DNA of 64,000 nucleotides from Lytechinus pictus (GCF_037042905.1 NC_087251.1:14572001-14636000); one strand, 5' to 3'. Counted from the stretch's first letter, positions 28,270 to 44,120 are shown. A program made the numbers and translations. Notes: generated by a model not told the origin, from the sequence alone.

Positions 28270-29905
28270 TCCCTCCTTGGTCCGTTATTATTTATTGTGT
28301 ATATTAATGATTTTCACTATTCCTCTGATATTTTATCGTTCATTTTATTTGCAGATGATTCAAGTTTGTATTGTTTCCACAGAAATCCTGAGACCCTTTT
28401 AAAAACAGTTAATAGTGAACTGAGGAAAGTCACTTTGTGGATTCAAGCAAATAAATTATCTCTAAATTTGCAGAAAACAAATTATATGCTCTTTAGCAAC
28501 ACGATTAGAGAAGCTCCAGGTGATGTTATATTTAATGATGTGTTAATAGATAGAGTAAAGACGACCAAATTTCTGGGGTTGCATATAGATGAAAAACTGA
28601 TTTGGAAAACCCATATAAATTATCTATGTAAGACATTATAAAAAAATAGTGGTGTAATATACAAATTGAAATCCTTTTTCTCTACTGATATTCTTTGTAT
28701 GATGTATTCAACACTAATTCTCCCGTATCTCAATTACAGTGTTCTTGCATGGGGTAATTCTCTTAAAACCAATCTAGAAAGGGTGTACTTGATTCAGAAA
28801 AGAGTTTTAAGAATTGTTTGTAATGTTAACTATCGCTCGCATACTACCCCACTTTTTTATGAGCATAGAATTATAAAATTACAAGATATCTATGATTTTC
28901 AACTTGGTACTCTAATGTATGCATACAATGCAGGCATCATGCCACCAGCTCTGGTCACAATGTTCATGAAAAATAGTGACATACATAACTATTATACACG
29001 AAATGCTTCTGCTTTCCACTTACCCAAGTTACATACAAGTTTTGCTTTTAGGACAGTTGTAAATACAGGACCCAGGTTCTGGAACTCTCTCAATTCAAAT
29101 ATAAAAAAATCGGTAAGCATTCATACTTTTCAGCGTGTACTTAAAGGTTATCTTCTTAATTGTTATTTGTGAGTTGCTCTAGGTTAAGATATGCTTTTAT
29201 ATACTATGTTATTTTTTTAATGTTGGAGCCTATAAAAACTGTATATAAGACTGGAGAATTTTGTGATATATCAATATATATTTATCTTGTATCCTGTCTA
29301 ACTGGTTTCTTCTGCAGAGGGTCAGTCCATGTTTTTTTCCTTTTGTATTCTTTTCTTGTGTTTCTTTTACCTTTGTCATGTTTTGTTTTTTACTTTACTA
29401 TTATTATTATACATACGATCTTCCTCTTTTTTCATGCCATGTTATCCATACTTATTTCTTCTTCCATCATATATCACTTAATTATATCATATTGTTGTTA
29501 GTTTATTACACTTCATAATTGTACATTCAAGCAATGTATTCTATTCTTTTTAGTGTGTGTTTTTTGTCATTGATTAGATTTAGTTTGTCTTTTTTGTTTT
29601 ATTGTTGTTGCATTTTTTAAGTTGTTTGTTTCTTTTGTATTTCTAAAGATATTACATGTACACACTGAATACTATTCAGTCATGTACTTGAAACAAAGGA
29701 GACCCTAGCCTTACAAGCCTTGCTTTTTCAGGGGTTCTCCTTGTCTTTCTCTCAATACGTAATTAGTAATTTGCTGTGTTTCTTTTTTTCATACTGTAAC
29801 AATGATTTATGGTTAATTGATTTTCATTTGTAGAATGTGAAATCACACTTGTAAGATAAAATGTATGTGCAGAAAGAAAGACGAATAAATATCTTATCTT
29901 ATCTC
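28270..29905 (+). mobile_element. 5'-truncated L2/CR1-group (Crack-like) LINE: C-terminal RT, 3' UTR and tail
   Basis: LGPLLFIVYIND...FADD...LSLNLQKTNYMLF...KFLGLHIDEKLIWKTHI...PYLNYSVLAWG...GPRFWNSL. ORFs 28255-28641 and 28666-29172 share a frame with one TAA between them. T-rich 3' UTR, stem-loop ggagacc..ggttctcc at about 29698-29740, AATAAA plus (ATCTT)n tail. Confidence 0.9.
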
Positions 29906-32900
29906 TCTGAAAACCTTTTTTTTCGTCAGATTTTCAGAAAAGTGTAATGTTTCTGCAAATTGTCGATCAAATAAATTGTATTGACCTTTTTTTTAAATTA
30001 AAACTTTCTTTGTTCTTTCATGACAATTTTTTAACTCAACATTCTACAAATATTTATCAGCAGTTTCATGGGTTTAATATTGGTGTTGGTTGAATCCATT
30101 ATTCATATCACTACTGAATGTAAGATTACCGAAATTATTTCGGTAAAAGATATGAAACATTTTTTGCACATAACGTGTCTGGTTTTTCAATATGTATCTT
30201 CATTAGATTAATACCCAAATGCAAGAGGCATTCAGTACCGGGGGTAATGTCACATCGACATCCGTATTTCATCCGAACTTACGGTATTATAACCATTTGA
30301 ATAATACCTGATAGTTCGGGTATTTAGTATTTAGTGGGTTCATATCTTTGTTAGATAGCTCACCAAATTCAAAACACGTGTCGTGTCTAACGATTTGCTT
30401 ACCGGTGAACATCTACCAATCTCTCTTCGATTTGCATAAATCCCCTAATATGTCTCTCTCTCTCTCCCTCTCTACTATCTATCTCTCTCTTTCTCCATCC
30501 CCCCTCTCTCTCTCTCTCTTTCACTACGTATGACCCTTTTTCTGTATTTACTTTGTGCTTGAATTCTCTTACACCCATTTCTTGTCAGATTGTCAAGTTT
30601 TTATGTTGTATGTAATGGCTGATCTCATGTTGTCCCAATATTCGAGCCAAAAAAATTGAACCAAACCTTTTGATTTCCTTTGAAAATATGCCATTGATTG
30701 TTTTTATATAAGTTTTAAGACAGTCATCCAAGTTAAAAACTCGTGTCGAGTCTAATAACATGCTCCCTTCTACCCCCCCCCACACACACACACACGAGCA
30801 GACACTCATTCTCTCTCCCTCTCTTTCTCTTTTCCTCTCTACATCTCTCATCACTTTATCTTTCTCTTAATCATTGCTCTCTTAATTTTAGATATTTTTG
30901 CTCAGATAAGACACTTTCCCTCATTTTTTTCTTCCGTTCTTTTCTCTTGATAACACTGTTTTTGCAACAACAAAAATTGGACAGTTGATATGTAGCAGCA
31001 GCCTGGATATAAATTTGGCTTGGGCAGAAGCAGAAATGAATTGCCCACATTACTTCAGTTTATTAGCTTATTATAACTATTATTTGTAGGGTAGAGGTAC
31101 ATTATGTGGGAAAACGTAAATTAAATGAAGATATAGATATGTCGCATGTTTCACATGTTCATTTATACAGATATCCAAGTCCTAGACAATAGTCGACAAA
31201 GAACTTCCGGCGTCATTTAAAAGCTTGTAAATTGCCCTTCATTCCCTTGACATTAAATGAAACACGTCAGTTACGTTTAAATCACACAATACGAGGGATG
31301 TTATGTAAGTTTGTATTCAATTATGTTCCATGATTGCAATTGCAAGTGACAAAAGTAAGTAAATTTCTTCATGTAAAATATATTTTTTCAAAATAATATT
31401 CAGTTGTATTTCAGGGGAGAGAAGGGTACCTTAATAGGCTAGAGCTGAAATCATCCACTTTCAACATCTGACGTCGGAACAGACGCTGAAACCGCACTCC
31501 GATTAGATGGGTTTTGTTGAAAACTTTGAATGCTTATTTTGGATTTGTTTCTTTTTGACATTGATTATTGGACTTTACCCCCCCCCCTTTCCCGCCCAGA
31601 ATCCAGACTTTATTCCCAGGACAATGAGCCCTTTATCTCTCCCTATTCCCAAAATTGTATCACTTTACCAAGCAAATATGCATTGAATATTATTGTAAAC
31701 CTAAGCAAGTGTGTTTTGGATGGAAATTGACACAGGATAATTGAAATATGGTTCAACATTATGAAAATATGAAAGTATTCGTAATTCAATGTTTTTGATA
31801 TGTGGATTGTTTGTTTGGTTTGTCATCGTAATTTTGGTAAAATGAATTAGGAGTTATCTTGAAATACAGAAGGGTAGAAAGGAAACCTGAATAATGCACG
31901 TTTTTCAACCGATTCACACATACACACAAAATGCGCACAAATTTAATTTTTCCACTTTTAATGAGAAACAATGATACTTTAAATAACATGTGGTATTGTA
32001 TTAGAGAGAAATATTGCTTATGTCATTTCAATTCTACACCTTCGGTTATTTGTCATGAGTGAGCAGAACAGAGTCAAAATACTCATAGGGGTCCTTAATA
32101 TTGTTTATTCATTTATTACTTATTATCCTTTCAAGTTCTGCTTCGTTTCTCAACTTTAATTAGAAAAAAAATACATTGATTCATGCAGCAGTAGCTTTAT
32201 TGATCGTTAAGCAATACGTATAAAAACATTTATATGTACAATTTATTTGTAGCAAACGGAACCGTACGTTTGCCGCTTTCTATTTGGTTTGTCCAAGCAG
32301 GCAGTTCAAGCTTAGAAGTTGTAAAAGAAATTATATACGCACTATTCTACTTGACCTATCGTTCAAGTACCGACTCGAGGAATTACTATCAGATATGAAT
32401 TGACGTGTTAAGAAGAATCAGAAACCAAGCGTTGTAGATGAGTTGTTTGATATCTACTCTATCGGCCTCCTTTTTACTCTCCCTCGTGTATTAGTCTTCT
32501 TGCATAATATGAGAAGATCTACTGTTATTTTATATCTAACCACGCTCCTGTAATAACTAGGAATCATTACACGGAAATCATCTGTAACAGAGAGAAGATA
32601 TTTCAAAAACTTGAATTATGTATAAAGGGTTTTTAAGGCAACAAACGCTCACAAGGAAGAGAACAATAATGTCATCTTGTTGGTTGTATCCCAACAAAGA
32701 CGAATATAATCATGGACCTATTACAAGGAATAATGTACAGTTCACAGGATTACAATTATAGTAATTATGAAATCTATCATTTATATCCACTCTGGACATA
32801 TATTTCAAATATTGAATCTTCCGAATAATTTTATACTTTTGTGGTGGAAAGCTGTGGTAATTCTGCACACACTGATAATCTGTATGCCCAAAATTACTAA

Positions 32901-33838
32901 CAAAATGACAAGCGTCAAACTGAAACGACATTGAAGGATAAAACATAAATTGATTCCTCGAGTTTAATTCAAAGTGAAAGTTAACGTCCTTTTCCTATGG
33001 TTTCGACCGTAGGGGAAACTGAAACACTCAAAGTAGGCCCGTGACATTTACACTGAGCTCCGTATCGTTTTCACAGTACTCTTCACGTGGTCTTTATTGT
33101 TACCTTTCTCCATTCATTGCCTTGGGCCAAACCTCAGATCCAGGAAAAGGATATCAAAAGGACTACAATGACCAGTGATATTTTGCCATGGTTTAATGTC
33201 TACACCTTGGAGTCACTATAGTCTCCCTGTCAAGTATGTCCAGTGCAGTTCTCAACTATACAGCATACAAAAAAATACAAAGGAAATAGTGAGCAACATC
33301 GTGAACTCTCTCATTTACGGAGCACCGTATTGTGCATTTAACCGTTATGTAAAACAAGGCGAAGATTTAAAATGTCCTAACTTTCTTTTTTAGATCCGAT
33401 TTTGATTAAATTTTCAGTATTTTGTTCTTTGATTATTTTTCTTTTCACCTTTTGTCGGGATGGACTTGACCTTTTGTACAATGAACAGACATGCAGAAAA
33501 AAACAGAAGAACAGAATCAAACATTTTCCTTCCAAGATCAATTAAATTTGAATAAATAGAGTAATCTCAATCAACCAATAAGTACGAACTTGATCAAATT
33601 TTGATAGAAAAACAAACTTAGAAGTATAAGCTATGCATCATTTTTCTGTAACAGCAATATGCATACCTTCGAATTGGTGAGCAGATTATATCACCAGTCC
33701 TTGCGAGATTTAGTTGTAGTCAAAATCCTTATCCCACGTATCCCATCGTACAATATCACGTACATTGCAGCGAATGTCCTCCATTTTTATTAGAACAATG
33801 TATTTCGGAAAAAAATATATATATTGAGATTCATGAAC

Positions 33839-35787
33839 CAAGGGCGCCGGAAGCGGGGGGGGGGGGGCAGGGGGGGCACTTGCCCCCCAAATAAATTTTT
33901 TTGGGGAAAAACGAGATTTTGCCCCCCCCCCCCCCATGTGCCCCCTTAAAGTAGAAAAATGATAAATATTTAAGGACAAAAGTAAACGATTAAGGCACTT
34001 TTCTGCCTAAAAATTGTCATTTCCATTGTCAAAAATGAAAAGATTTCGCCTCTGACGGGGCAATTGCATATCAGAGTAAGCCTCGCGTCTTTTGACGAAC
34101 ATAAAACATACCTTTGAGAAGCCCCTTTTCCATCTTATTACATTGTGATAACGTTTAACCTTTTAATTAATACATTTCAGACTAAAACCGAATGGCGAAT
34201 TGAAAGTGGTTCACCAATGCATGCTGGCTGTGTCGGCTAACAAACGCGCGGTCGCCCAGAATCGCTCAGACCGGACCCGATGTCACTAACGCGCGTGAAC
34301 GCTAGTTACTCGAGCAACATATGGAATCTATGTCATAGCTGTCAAGCCCAGAAACCATAACATTTCGAGGTCGTCATATATTACTCTAGGACATACTCTC
34401 AATCTTCCATTTTTTTTCTTCGGAAGAAGTAAAATTGATAGGCGAGAAATTGGAAGTTTGAGAGTAGGTCCTAGAGTAATATTTCTTGAAAATGTGTGTA
34501 GTTCTGAAAATGACTGTAAAACAGAAAAGTTTAAAGAGTTAAAGAGGCTTGAGTTGGATTATTGGAGATCCCGGGGAGAAGATGCTAGCTTGAGTCGGCG
34601 AATGGAGTGCAGAGCAGGAGTACTCACTCATCTATCAACTACTCAAGCCTCTTCAACTCTTCAACCTTTTCTGGTTTACTGTCTTTTTCAGGACTATGCT
34701 CATTTAAAAAAAAATACTCGACTCCCAACTGTCCACTTCCTCCTCTATCAATTTCACTTCTTCCTCTATCCACTTTTTCGAAAACTGCACATGGTGTACC
34801 GTCAACTACATCCGCTATTGGAATGTAATTGTTTTCTTCTAAATAATGTTACATAATGTACATTATGAACTGCGGTAGTTTCTTAATCAGTTCATGATTA
34901 TTTACAAATGAATATTTCCTGGAATTTGATATTCATCATTTCCTAGTTATGGTCACATTTTCCCCAGAAAATATGTAAAGAAAAATGAAAATTTTGAAGG
35001 AGTCATCCAAAAGTGCTTCCCGGCCATATGAAACGTGCAAAAGGAAACACATAAATCGAAACGTTTTAAACTTCAATGATTTTCAGAAAAGTGTTAAATT
35101 TTTAGACAATTAAGCTTGTCATATTTCTTTTTCCTCCATTTACAAAATATGAAACGTATTGCCCATGCATGGATAATCTGGGACTATCTCCAATGATGAT
35201 GTCAGAAATGATTTGCATAGAATGGGGATTTAAGTGCTTATCGACATCTGCCACGTCAGAACAGTATGACATTTTGAATTTGAAAAGACAGTCATTAGAA
35301 TTTCTTTCATGTGTTTCTGTTGTTACGCTTCTTGTTCTGATAGGAATTACTAGAAACGTATATTGTGCTCTCTCGCGTCGTCCGTGTATGTAAATGTACA
35401 TAAATAAATGTTTCTGAAAGGATATTGCATGAAAAATGTAATTTCTGGTATTGTGAGTCAATATAAGGGTAATACGTAATTTAATTGATCAGACATGAAA
35501 ACCACATTCCGAAGCGACTGCTTTGCGCGTAGATTTCATAGGTTTTCATTAATTATGAGTATAGTCTTTCGTAGTGAATTCTATGTATATTTCTCAAGAA
35601 ATTTATTTTTTTAATGCTGAATGCTCTTAGAAACGCAACTTTTATACTCCATTTTTACACAAAGTCCTTACCATGGGGGTCCCACACCCTCTCCCGATCG
35701 ATCGCTTCGGTATCTCACGCTGTCAAAAATATTGTGCCCCCTTCGGGATTTTGCCCCAAAAAAACTGAAAGTGTTCCGGCGCGCCTG
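33839..35787. mobile_element. hAT-like non-autonomous element, 1.95 kb
   Basis: 8-bp TSD TCATGAAC (33831-38, 35788-95). TIR CAAGGGCGCCGGAA / TTCCGGCGCGCCTG. G/C-run subterminal motifs. Confidence 0.85.
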
Positions 35788-38700
35788 TCATGAACTCCTT
35801 AATGAGTTGCACCATTTCCATACCTGACAGATGATACAAAAAGATACTCGAAACTTTGAAATATCCATTAAACTAAAGTACGAATAACAATGCACTTCAT
35901 TCGAATCCCTTGTTATTTCCATCAATATTCGGAAAGTTGTAAAGTAATTTATTTTTAAAGATAGAAATGTTGCTAATGGGCTCACTTTATTCGTTTCAGA
36001 CTATTCATAACACCTTTTTGCAACAAATGTGTTTAGAAACACACCACAGACAAATAATCTAGATACGAATGAAGAAAAAAACATCACTTTCCCATGTATT
36101 CTAACTGCCTGCCATATTCATCTTTTTTTTAGAATTGCAGAGAAAGGGTACTGAATATGACGGCTCTAACAGAAATGTATATAGGATCATATCCAAACGC
36201 ATCAGACTTTCAAATGTAAATCAGACCACATAGATATCATAAATATCAACACTGCAAACAGCTTTTCAATCAACTGTTTATGATTACGCACATGGCTTAA
36301 ACATGCCAAGACGGCGAAAGCTGCCCGAAAGTTACGAATAACTTAACGTTTGAATGGTGACCCTTTTTTTGGAAGATGATGTACACCAAATCAGAATAGG
36401 TGTTGATTAGCTCCTAAGAAAGCATCACCTTTCGTTATTAAAGTCGCACCTAATCGGAACTCGCCAGAAGATTTATTAAACGCCCACCAGACCAGGATGC
36501 GCTCAAACCTGTCATGACTTCGGTAATCCACACATTAATTATAAGAGGTGTTGAGAAAAGGGTTACAGCTAGTCTGACTGGATGGTGCAGGGTCAGCATC
36601 TTTGGGGTAGGGGCAAAGTCCCAATAATGTCTACAGTCATAACATTTAGAGGTGAAATAAGGGAAAGGAATGTCAATGTAATCAGTCTATTTGAAAACGA
36701 CGACGAATGGTGAAAATAAATTAATTGTTGAACTGAATTTGTGGAACGAAAATTATTTCATAGAAAAAGTAAAACCTTTAGGTTCTTATGCCACCTATTT
36801 CCTGGTATAAAAACCTATGGACTAGTCATCTTGTACCATGTATACCAACGACATCGGTTACGTTATAAAATCTATTTCCATTAGAAAGTGGTTGACTAGG
36901 TCTCCTTTAATAAAATTTGTATTAACAATGAATTTACGATAATCAAACTTTGGCATGTTATTTGGTGATAGCATGCTCGCTAGAGAAATAATGCATCTTC
37001 ATTAGTGAATCGAATCCATACAGGTTCTCATAGATAAAATGGAACTGACAATATTTCCACGTTCTCTCTCCGAGGAGGAATTGACAAGTTTAAGCTCATT
37101 TAGAGTGTTTCCATAATTTCAACTTAAAAAATTGAATAAATGCGTTCTACATGCAATTGCGATTTTGCTGTTGGGAAACGAAGAATTCAAGATCATTTGA
37201 ATGAGCGGATTCTAATGGGAGGATGGGTTAATACTCCGGGGGTTGAACAAGTAGCCTACCAGTACGGATTGTATTGCAAAAGGTTGAATGCAACTTAAGT
37301 CACGATATAGCGCTTACACCCAGGTTGATTTTAACGCGTGATTTTACTTATGAATATGCAATAGCGTTGGTCCTCTTAGGAGAATTTTACCGATGTGGAA
37401 GATACCACGTGCAGGAATTTATATGCGAATTGAAGTTACTTATGAAACACCTTTTGAAACACCAGTGGAAGAGGAAATGATCAATTCAGCTTCAGCAGTG
37501 TTTACAACTTTTCGATACTGTACAATGGGCATTAAAAAGGAATGTAGAATAATGCATGAAGAAAAAATGTGCTATTTTGAAATTTCCTGAAACTGTATAG
37601 ATCTACTTCTACTGTAGTTTTGTAATTCAATTTTTGATGGGAAGTTCAAAATTTTTTATCTTTCTTTTACTCAATAACGTCGCCCGGTGCTCTGCTGCTG
37701 GTGAACTATAATTCGCTAGATCAAATACAGAAATTCATTCACCAATCTCTTTTGGGGCGACTCAACTTTAAACAAATATATCCTTCATTGAAGTTGTGAA
37801 CAATAGAAAAGCGCAAAAAAAAATTGATTTCATAAACATGCGTTGATCTTCGTCAAAAATAATATTTTAAAAAGCATTATGTAATTGCCTTTGTTATTAT
37901 AAAAAAAATCCATGATTTATAATGATAATTTTTTTTACAATACATGATTAAGACTTGTAGGTAGCTAAATCGTATGGTTATGTATTGAATTCTCTCTTTT
38001 TTAGAATTTGGATTCAGTGAAGAGTTACGTATCTTATTCACGAATATTTTTTGTTCATTTTTTCGAGTAGCCGAGTTGAACTCATTATTTTTTCAGGTCA
38101 CATAGAAACATTCAAGACACCGATAGACTAGTAGGAAGAAACACAGTAATGAATTATCATACGTATCAAAGCTAAGATTTGCCGCCTGATACCGAGCTTT
38201 TATGAAGATCAGCTTTTTAAGAAGAACGTTTCTTTTGTATGAACCTTTAAAGAAGCGACGGTTTAGAAGTCTGACCTTCGAAAATGCAGCTCATATTTAT
38301 CTAGGTCAGGCTTTGTACAGAAATGAATTCAAAGATTTGAAGGCTCTTTGATGCGATTATGCCGTATTCTTTAAAGTCTATTTCAAACGGTGATTAAATA
38401 GACATAACTCTTAGAAATAAATTCAAACAATTAATACAATAAAAGAGATCCACCACGCGCGTTACGAAGACTTTATTTACACGTCAGGTCTTTTTATAAT
38501 CTCATCACTTACGTTGGGGGGTGATGGAAGACTCTTGTTATTTTAGTTTATTTTTTACATCCGTCTCCATTCTCAATCTATCCGTCCCCTCTTCTCATCT
38601 GAGCAAACTCACAAAAGGAACACACGCGCTCACCCACATCCTCGTCCTAATCCTCATCATTATTGTTCTTCGAATACATGCTGGATTTGAAAAGATATTA

Positions 38701-41309
38701 AACCTTCATCCATCGCTTCTGATATTGTATAGTGTTTAGCTGGTGCAAGGGACTTATAAATTATTGACGTGACTAAGAATGAGACAGATGCATATTATTT
38801 CTGATCTGTGCATATTTGATGCCTTTAGTATAATCCTATTTTTCTTTTGACTCTGATAGAAACGACTATTAATCATCCCTGACACGGGTTTCCGTTCAGG
38901 GAATAGCATGATTGACCAAATTTTCAAATTGTAAAGGCCTCAGTCCGTCTTTTCCCATTTCATGTTTGTCATTTTCAAATGAAAATATTGGCGTCACATA
39001 TTATAGATACATTTCAGTGAACAATGTATTTAACCTGGTGAAATGATATCACCCACTCATAAATAGTTTTCCTTCCAATCGCAGTCACATATTATCATGT
39101 TCTACATTTTGTAATTAATGTGGGGGTTTTGGAAAAAATATACCCCACAAAAATGTCTATGTCTTTATAGCTATTAAATGACAAACAGTTGTTATAATCA
39201 ATTCGATAGCAATTCATTTAAATGCATATTACAAACGAAATGTGCCTTAAATATTTACACTTCAAATCGGCCTTTCCTTATTTCACTCTAATCATTGCGT
39301 ATAGGTATTTTGCATTTGATAATATCTTGGAATTGGGAGATAACTGCACTCCCAGGGATGGGGAAATCAATATTTCCATTCCGATAATTATAAGAAAAAA
39401 CATTTGATTTTTCATGTCATGGATTATTCCATGTGAATATTTCGTCAGTATAAAATTCTCCTTGTTAACATTATGATTAATCATTAAATTGACTAATTAT
39501 CATTCTAAAGCACAAATATCAAATATCTACTCTATAGATATTAGAAAAATATTCCAATGCTCCATTTGATTCAACAATTTTGCATGGTCACATCGTACGC
39601 TATAAGAATCAGTAAAAAGTTCGATTTCTAGAGAAAATACTCGATTCTTACAATTCGAATGTTTAATCTGGGTGACTTGAATGGATCACCTTTATAATAC
39701 TGTAGGAAATCAAACAAATATGCCGTTTCCATTTGAAGGCTGGTCTCTTTGCCTCAAACAGGATGAAAAGCTTTAAGTTTTCGGCTAATCGCTCGTGGTT
39801 TAGAACGGTGACCATCCAATGATATATCTGATTTGTTGTCTACATTAATTTACTTTGAATAAAAAGCGAAAAAATTAACGGTTTAATACCAAGTTTAGTG
39901 TGAGACTTCACAAAGCGTTGCCCTTTTATATAGGGTGACAACACCACGTCATATGGTTTAAGTTTATACGACTCAAATCTTTTTATCCAGTATGTCAGCA
40001 GTGTTATATACACATGATGTTAAAATGATAGAATCAATTTTGGTTTACATAGACAATGAACTTTTGCTAACTATCTTTGGAAATAAATATGTAATTTTCA
40101 TCTCAAGATTAGAGAGTACTGTATATGTTTATAATACCGATAAAACCTGTCTCTTCTAATTGGTAATATCTTTTGTATTTAGAAAGCAAGGGGGCACCGT
40201 AAAACCAGACTTTGTTGGAATTACCTTCTGACGAAATGGAGTTATTTGGTTACTATGCAGTTTCTCATTAAGTACCAAAGACGCCATTCTCGATCCATGT
40301 TACCTGGAAATGAGTTATGGCTTCGTCGTGATTTTTTTTCAAAGACATACACCTCTTGTTCAAATATGAAAATCTCATACGATACATTTGACAATCCTAG
40401 TATTTTTTCATGATATCAAGAAATATGAGAATAGATTCAAAATAGTCATTCAAATAATTTATACAGGAACCAGGGAACTGTTTTACTTAGCTGAGTGGTG
40501 TAAAACTGTTCGTAGGTAAAAAAAAAAAATGTTTTAATTTGATTGAAAGTGTGAATTTTTTTCCAATATGTTATGACTATTATAGAAAGTGCACCCCCAT
40601 CCAGTATGAAAATCTGGGGACACTCATTTCGCGCAAAAATCACCAGTCTTTAGAAAATTCGAGTATGAATTAGGAACAGCTTTATGAAAGATTTATTTGC
40701 GCCAGGTCTCAAATTTACCAAATAAAACTTTAAGATATTTTATATTATTACTTAAAAAGGTGTACAGATATTCGAAATTCATTTTATTGCATTCATCCCA
40801 TGTAAGTTGTGAGGAAAAACGTAAACACTGGATTAACCCCAACATCAAGTTCATTGCATAAATACATAGATAGAAATTAAACTTGCATTGCACTGAAATC
40901 ATAATTTTCGTGGATAACGTTTAATTAAAACCACAAAATGTGACAATCTTTACGTCCAATTCTGATGAAATCTGTAAATTCGATATACGGTGTAATAACA
41001 CCGTAGAGATTTTTTTTTTTTTTGGGGGGGGGAGATTTCCGTCATTTATTGGGATTATTTTCAAGAACTAAACAATAAAAGGCAAAACCTCATGTTTACA
41101 GGCATATGAATACGTTAACTAAATCAATGAAATTATCAAAAAGGCACATGTAATTGAAAATACATCAGATTAAATGAATCATTCAATTTTAATGAAAAGA
41201 AAATGATGTAACGAAGAAAGACGTGGACTGAATCAATAAAAAAATTAGATTGATTATAGTAAGTATATATATCGATGTGGCAAAAATCTAGCATGTTATA
41301 TTTTTTCTA

Positions 41310-41693
41310 GGGTGGTGTTTCACAAATAAAATTAAGTATAACTTAGAGTCACACTTTACCAACGCGTATATGATATGCTAAGCTCAATGTTATTGATTGA
41401 TACCTGTTGGGGGTTCATAAAGCTGTTCGTAAGTTAAGAGCGACTTTAAGAACGACTGGTGATCCTTTCTTGTGGTAAATGGTATATTCATTGGCGATGG
41501 TTTAACGCGTAAGAAAGGATCACCAGTCGTTCTTAAAGTCGCTCTACGAACAGCTTTTACTATACTCAGTACTTCGCGTACTCTTAGCATGATCTGACGG
41601 TTCTGACCAATGCGGTCATTTCTTTTATAACTCACGCCACTAGGTATTTAAGTGCGACTCTAAGTCATACTTAAATCTTTGTGAAACACCCCC
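41310..41693. mobile_element. MITE with a nested palindromic MITE (about 41409-41558)
   Basis: Outer ggtgtttcacaaa...tttgtgaaacacc. Inner aaagctgttcgta...ctttaagaacgactggtgatcctttct / agaaaggatcaccagtcgttcttaaag. The inner family recurs at 55610-56970. Confidence 0.75.
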
Positions 41694-44120
41694 AAATCAT
41701 GATCTGAATAAAGCTCGAAACATTTAAACTAAAAATGGTTTGCATTGGAGTTCTATTTCTTTGTAAACAAACTGAAGAAAATCGGATAGGAATTGAATGT
41801 ATGCGACTTTAAAGAATTATATACTGTGGAGCATTCATTCAAACAGCATACAATTTAACGTATAATGTTATTTTTGCGTGGTTGGTTAGTCTGGTTAATT
41901 CAAATTGTGTTAAATAATCATCATTGATTGGCAAGAGAACGTTGCAGTCGGGCACAAAAGAACCTAATTTGTTTGCCGGATGAGAGTCTGACACTTTTGC
42001 GAACCTTTCATAAAAAAATGAAGGTGTGGGTGGACGGTTTTAATACACTCTTATGCCAATCTGTGAATGGTACTTTAGTGTAAACAGCACGCAGACTAAC
42101 TTATTAGATCAGCACGTCATGCGTGGGCTGTTGGTAGAATACACGTAATCGATATCTATACACAAATTGGGAAGTAATATTACAACATAAATTTATCAAA
42201 GCATTATTAACAGTCATATACTATATGTTTAATCGAACCTCCTTATAGTTCTCAAATCATAGTTTGGGTGATATCCTCATAACGATGCAAGTATAGGTGT
42301 AATTTTCATTTCATCTACCCATTTGGCTTGATGTATTGACGTGTCTAGTCGCTGAAGCAAACTTGAGTAACATAAATACAAAACGTCTTTAGAGGAAAAA
42401 TAAAGAACTTTACAAACCCTCTCATTGCATTAAGATAATTTACAGTTCCGGAAATTAAAGAGAATTAAGCACGTGTATATTTCTTCCATGTGGTTTAAGA
42501 GGTAATACGCTGTTCTGAACATACATGTATTGAACCATTCAAGGGGGAATCATAAAGCTGTTGAAAAAATGTCATTGTTCCAAATTCCACAAACCACAGG
42601 CATATGATAAAGTAGATGTGAATTTTTGAGTATTTTTCATCGTTGGAAGTTATGAAAATATTTCCCGTGCAAAAGAAACCTCATTATATTCAACGATTTA
42701 AATCACATAGTCATATTTACGTAAAGGGGGGGGGGTTCGCTGTCATTTTATCGTTTAACCTTTAGTTGTCCGTAAGATAATTCGTATTTTTACGGATTTT
42801 TTTTTATTATTCTCAATTCCAACATACACTTTATCATTAGTATCATTTTACTGTATTTAACTGTTTTGAAACCAGAAGTAATAGGAATATAGGCATGCAA
42901 GCCTAGGCACCCTCTTCCGGCACCACCCATTAGCGTAGGAAGCGACCATTAAGGATTAGGGTATGCAAAACACTGCTTTCGATGAACTCCTCTCTTATGT
43001 GCCTTGCTAAAATGTTGCTCCGAAACTGTCCCAAGCCACGCGAGTCTCAACTGATACAACATTGCGTGTGACCACTGTTTTAAAAAAGACATCAATAATG
43101 TCCTTCTTTTGATTGATAGTCAATACTTGGTCAGGCAACCTTAACATACAAAGTGGAGACAGGATGCCAAAGGAGGCCTTAGTCTATATACTCTATTTAA
43201 ACAAGTCATGAACCTATATAAATCCAAGTCATGAATTGTTCCTTCCTGAGGATAAACAAGTTATTTTCCCCAAACCTCATTTGAAACGGAAAACAGAAGA
43301 CTGCTAGAATAATCTCGCCATTTACATTGTTTTCATAATTTACCAGTAAGGGCAAAAAACATTCTAAATGTTTTATGGTATACTCTCGGCCTCTCAAAAA
43401 CTCGTTCAACTACCAGGTGAAGATTAAAGAAGTAAATTACCCTTTGATTTTACAATGAATATAAGCTTGTCATCTTTGTACATCATTGTCGATAGAAATT
43501 CCAAAGGGCGAACAGAAATAGAAATATTAATCTTTAAAAGGTGATTTATAGGGCGCAATGAATTTAATCCTTAGGGTTTATTTCTAACCAAGCTTTTAAC
43601 CCACTTCCCCATTCCTACAGTTCACATGAGAATTTGACTTAATTAAATACGAGTAATTGCAATGTTATTGCTGGCCACTATACATACGAGTGTGATGCAT
43701 GCGTCAAAGCGTGCTTTTTACGGTAAAGGTTCACTGCTTATTGATCAGTGATCTTCCTCGCCAAAACTGAGTATTAAAATTTATCATTGTTCATATAAAA
43801 GATATTACTTCGTACAAGTATAATATAACACTGGTTTGTCATGTTTGCGGTGTCTCATTGACTGTGTGTTATATAAAGATAGTCTTAATATACACCTTTT
43901 AAACGATAACTATTAATAATACATGTACAGATAACTAATTAATCTATAACATTATATGTATTTAGAGTAACTAAAATGTTTGAAAGGTAATATGGTTATT
44001 TTCCTACTTGATGAAATAACAATTGCGGTATGAATGGACGTATTGGAATTAATGTGTGTTATCATTCAAGTTGATCTATTATTACATGACTAAGCTGCAC
44101 GAATATGCATTATGGGTTAA

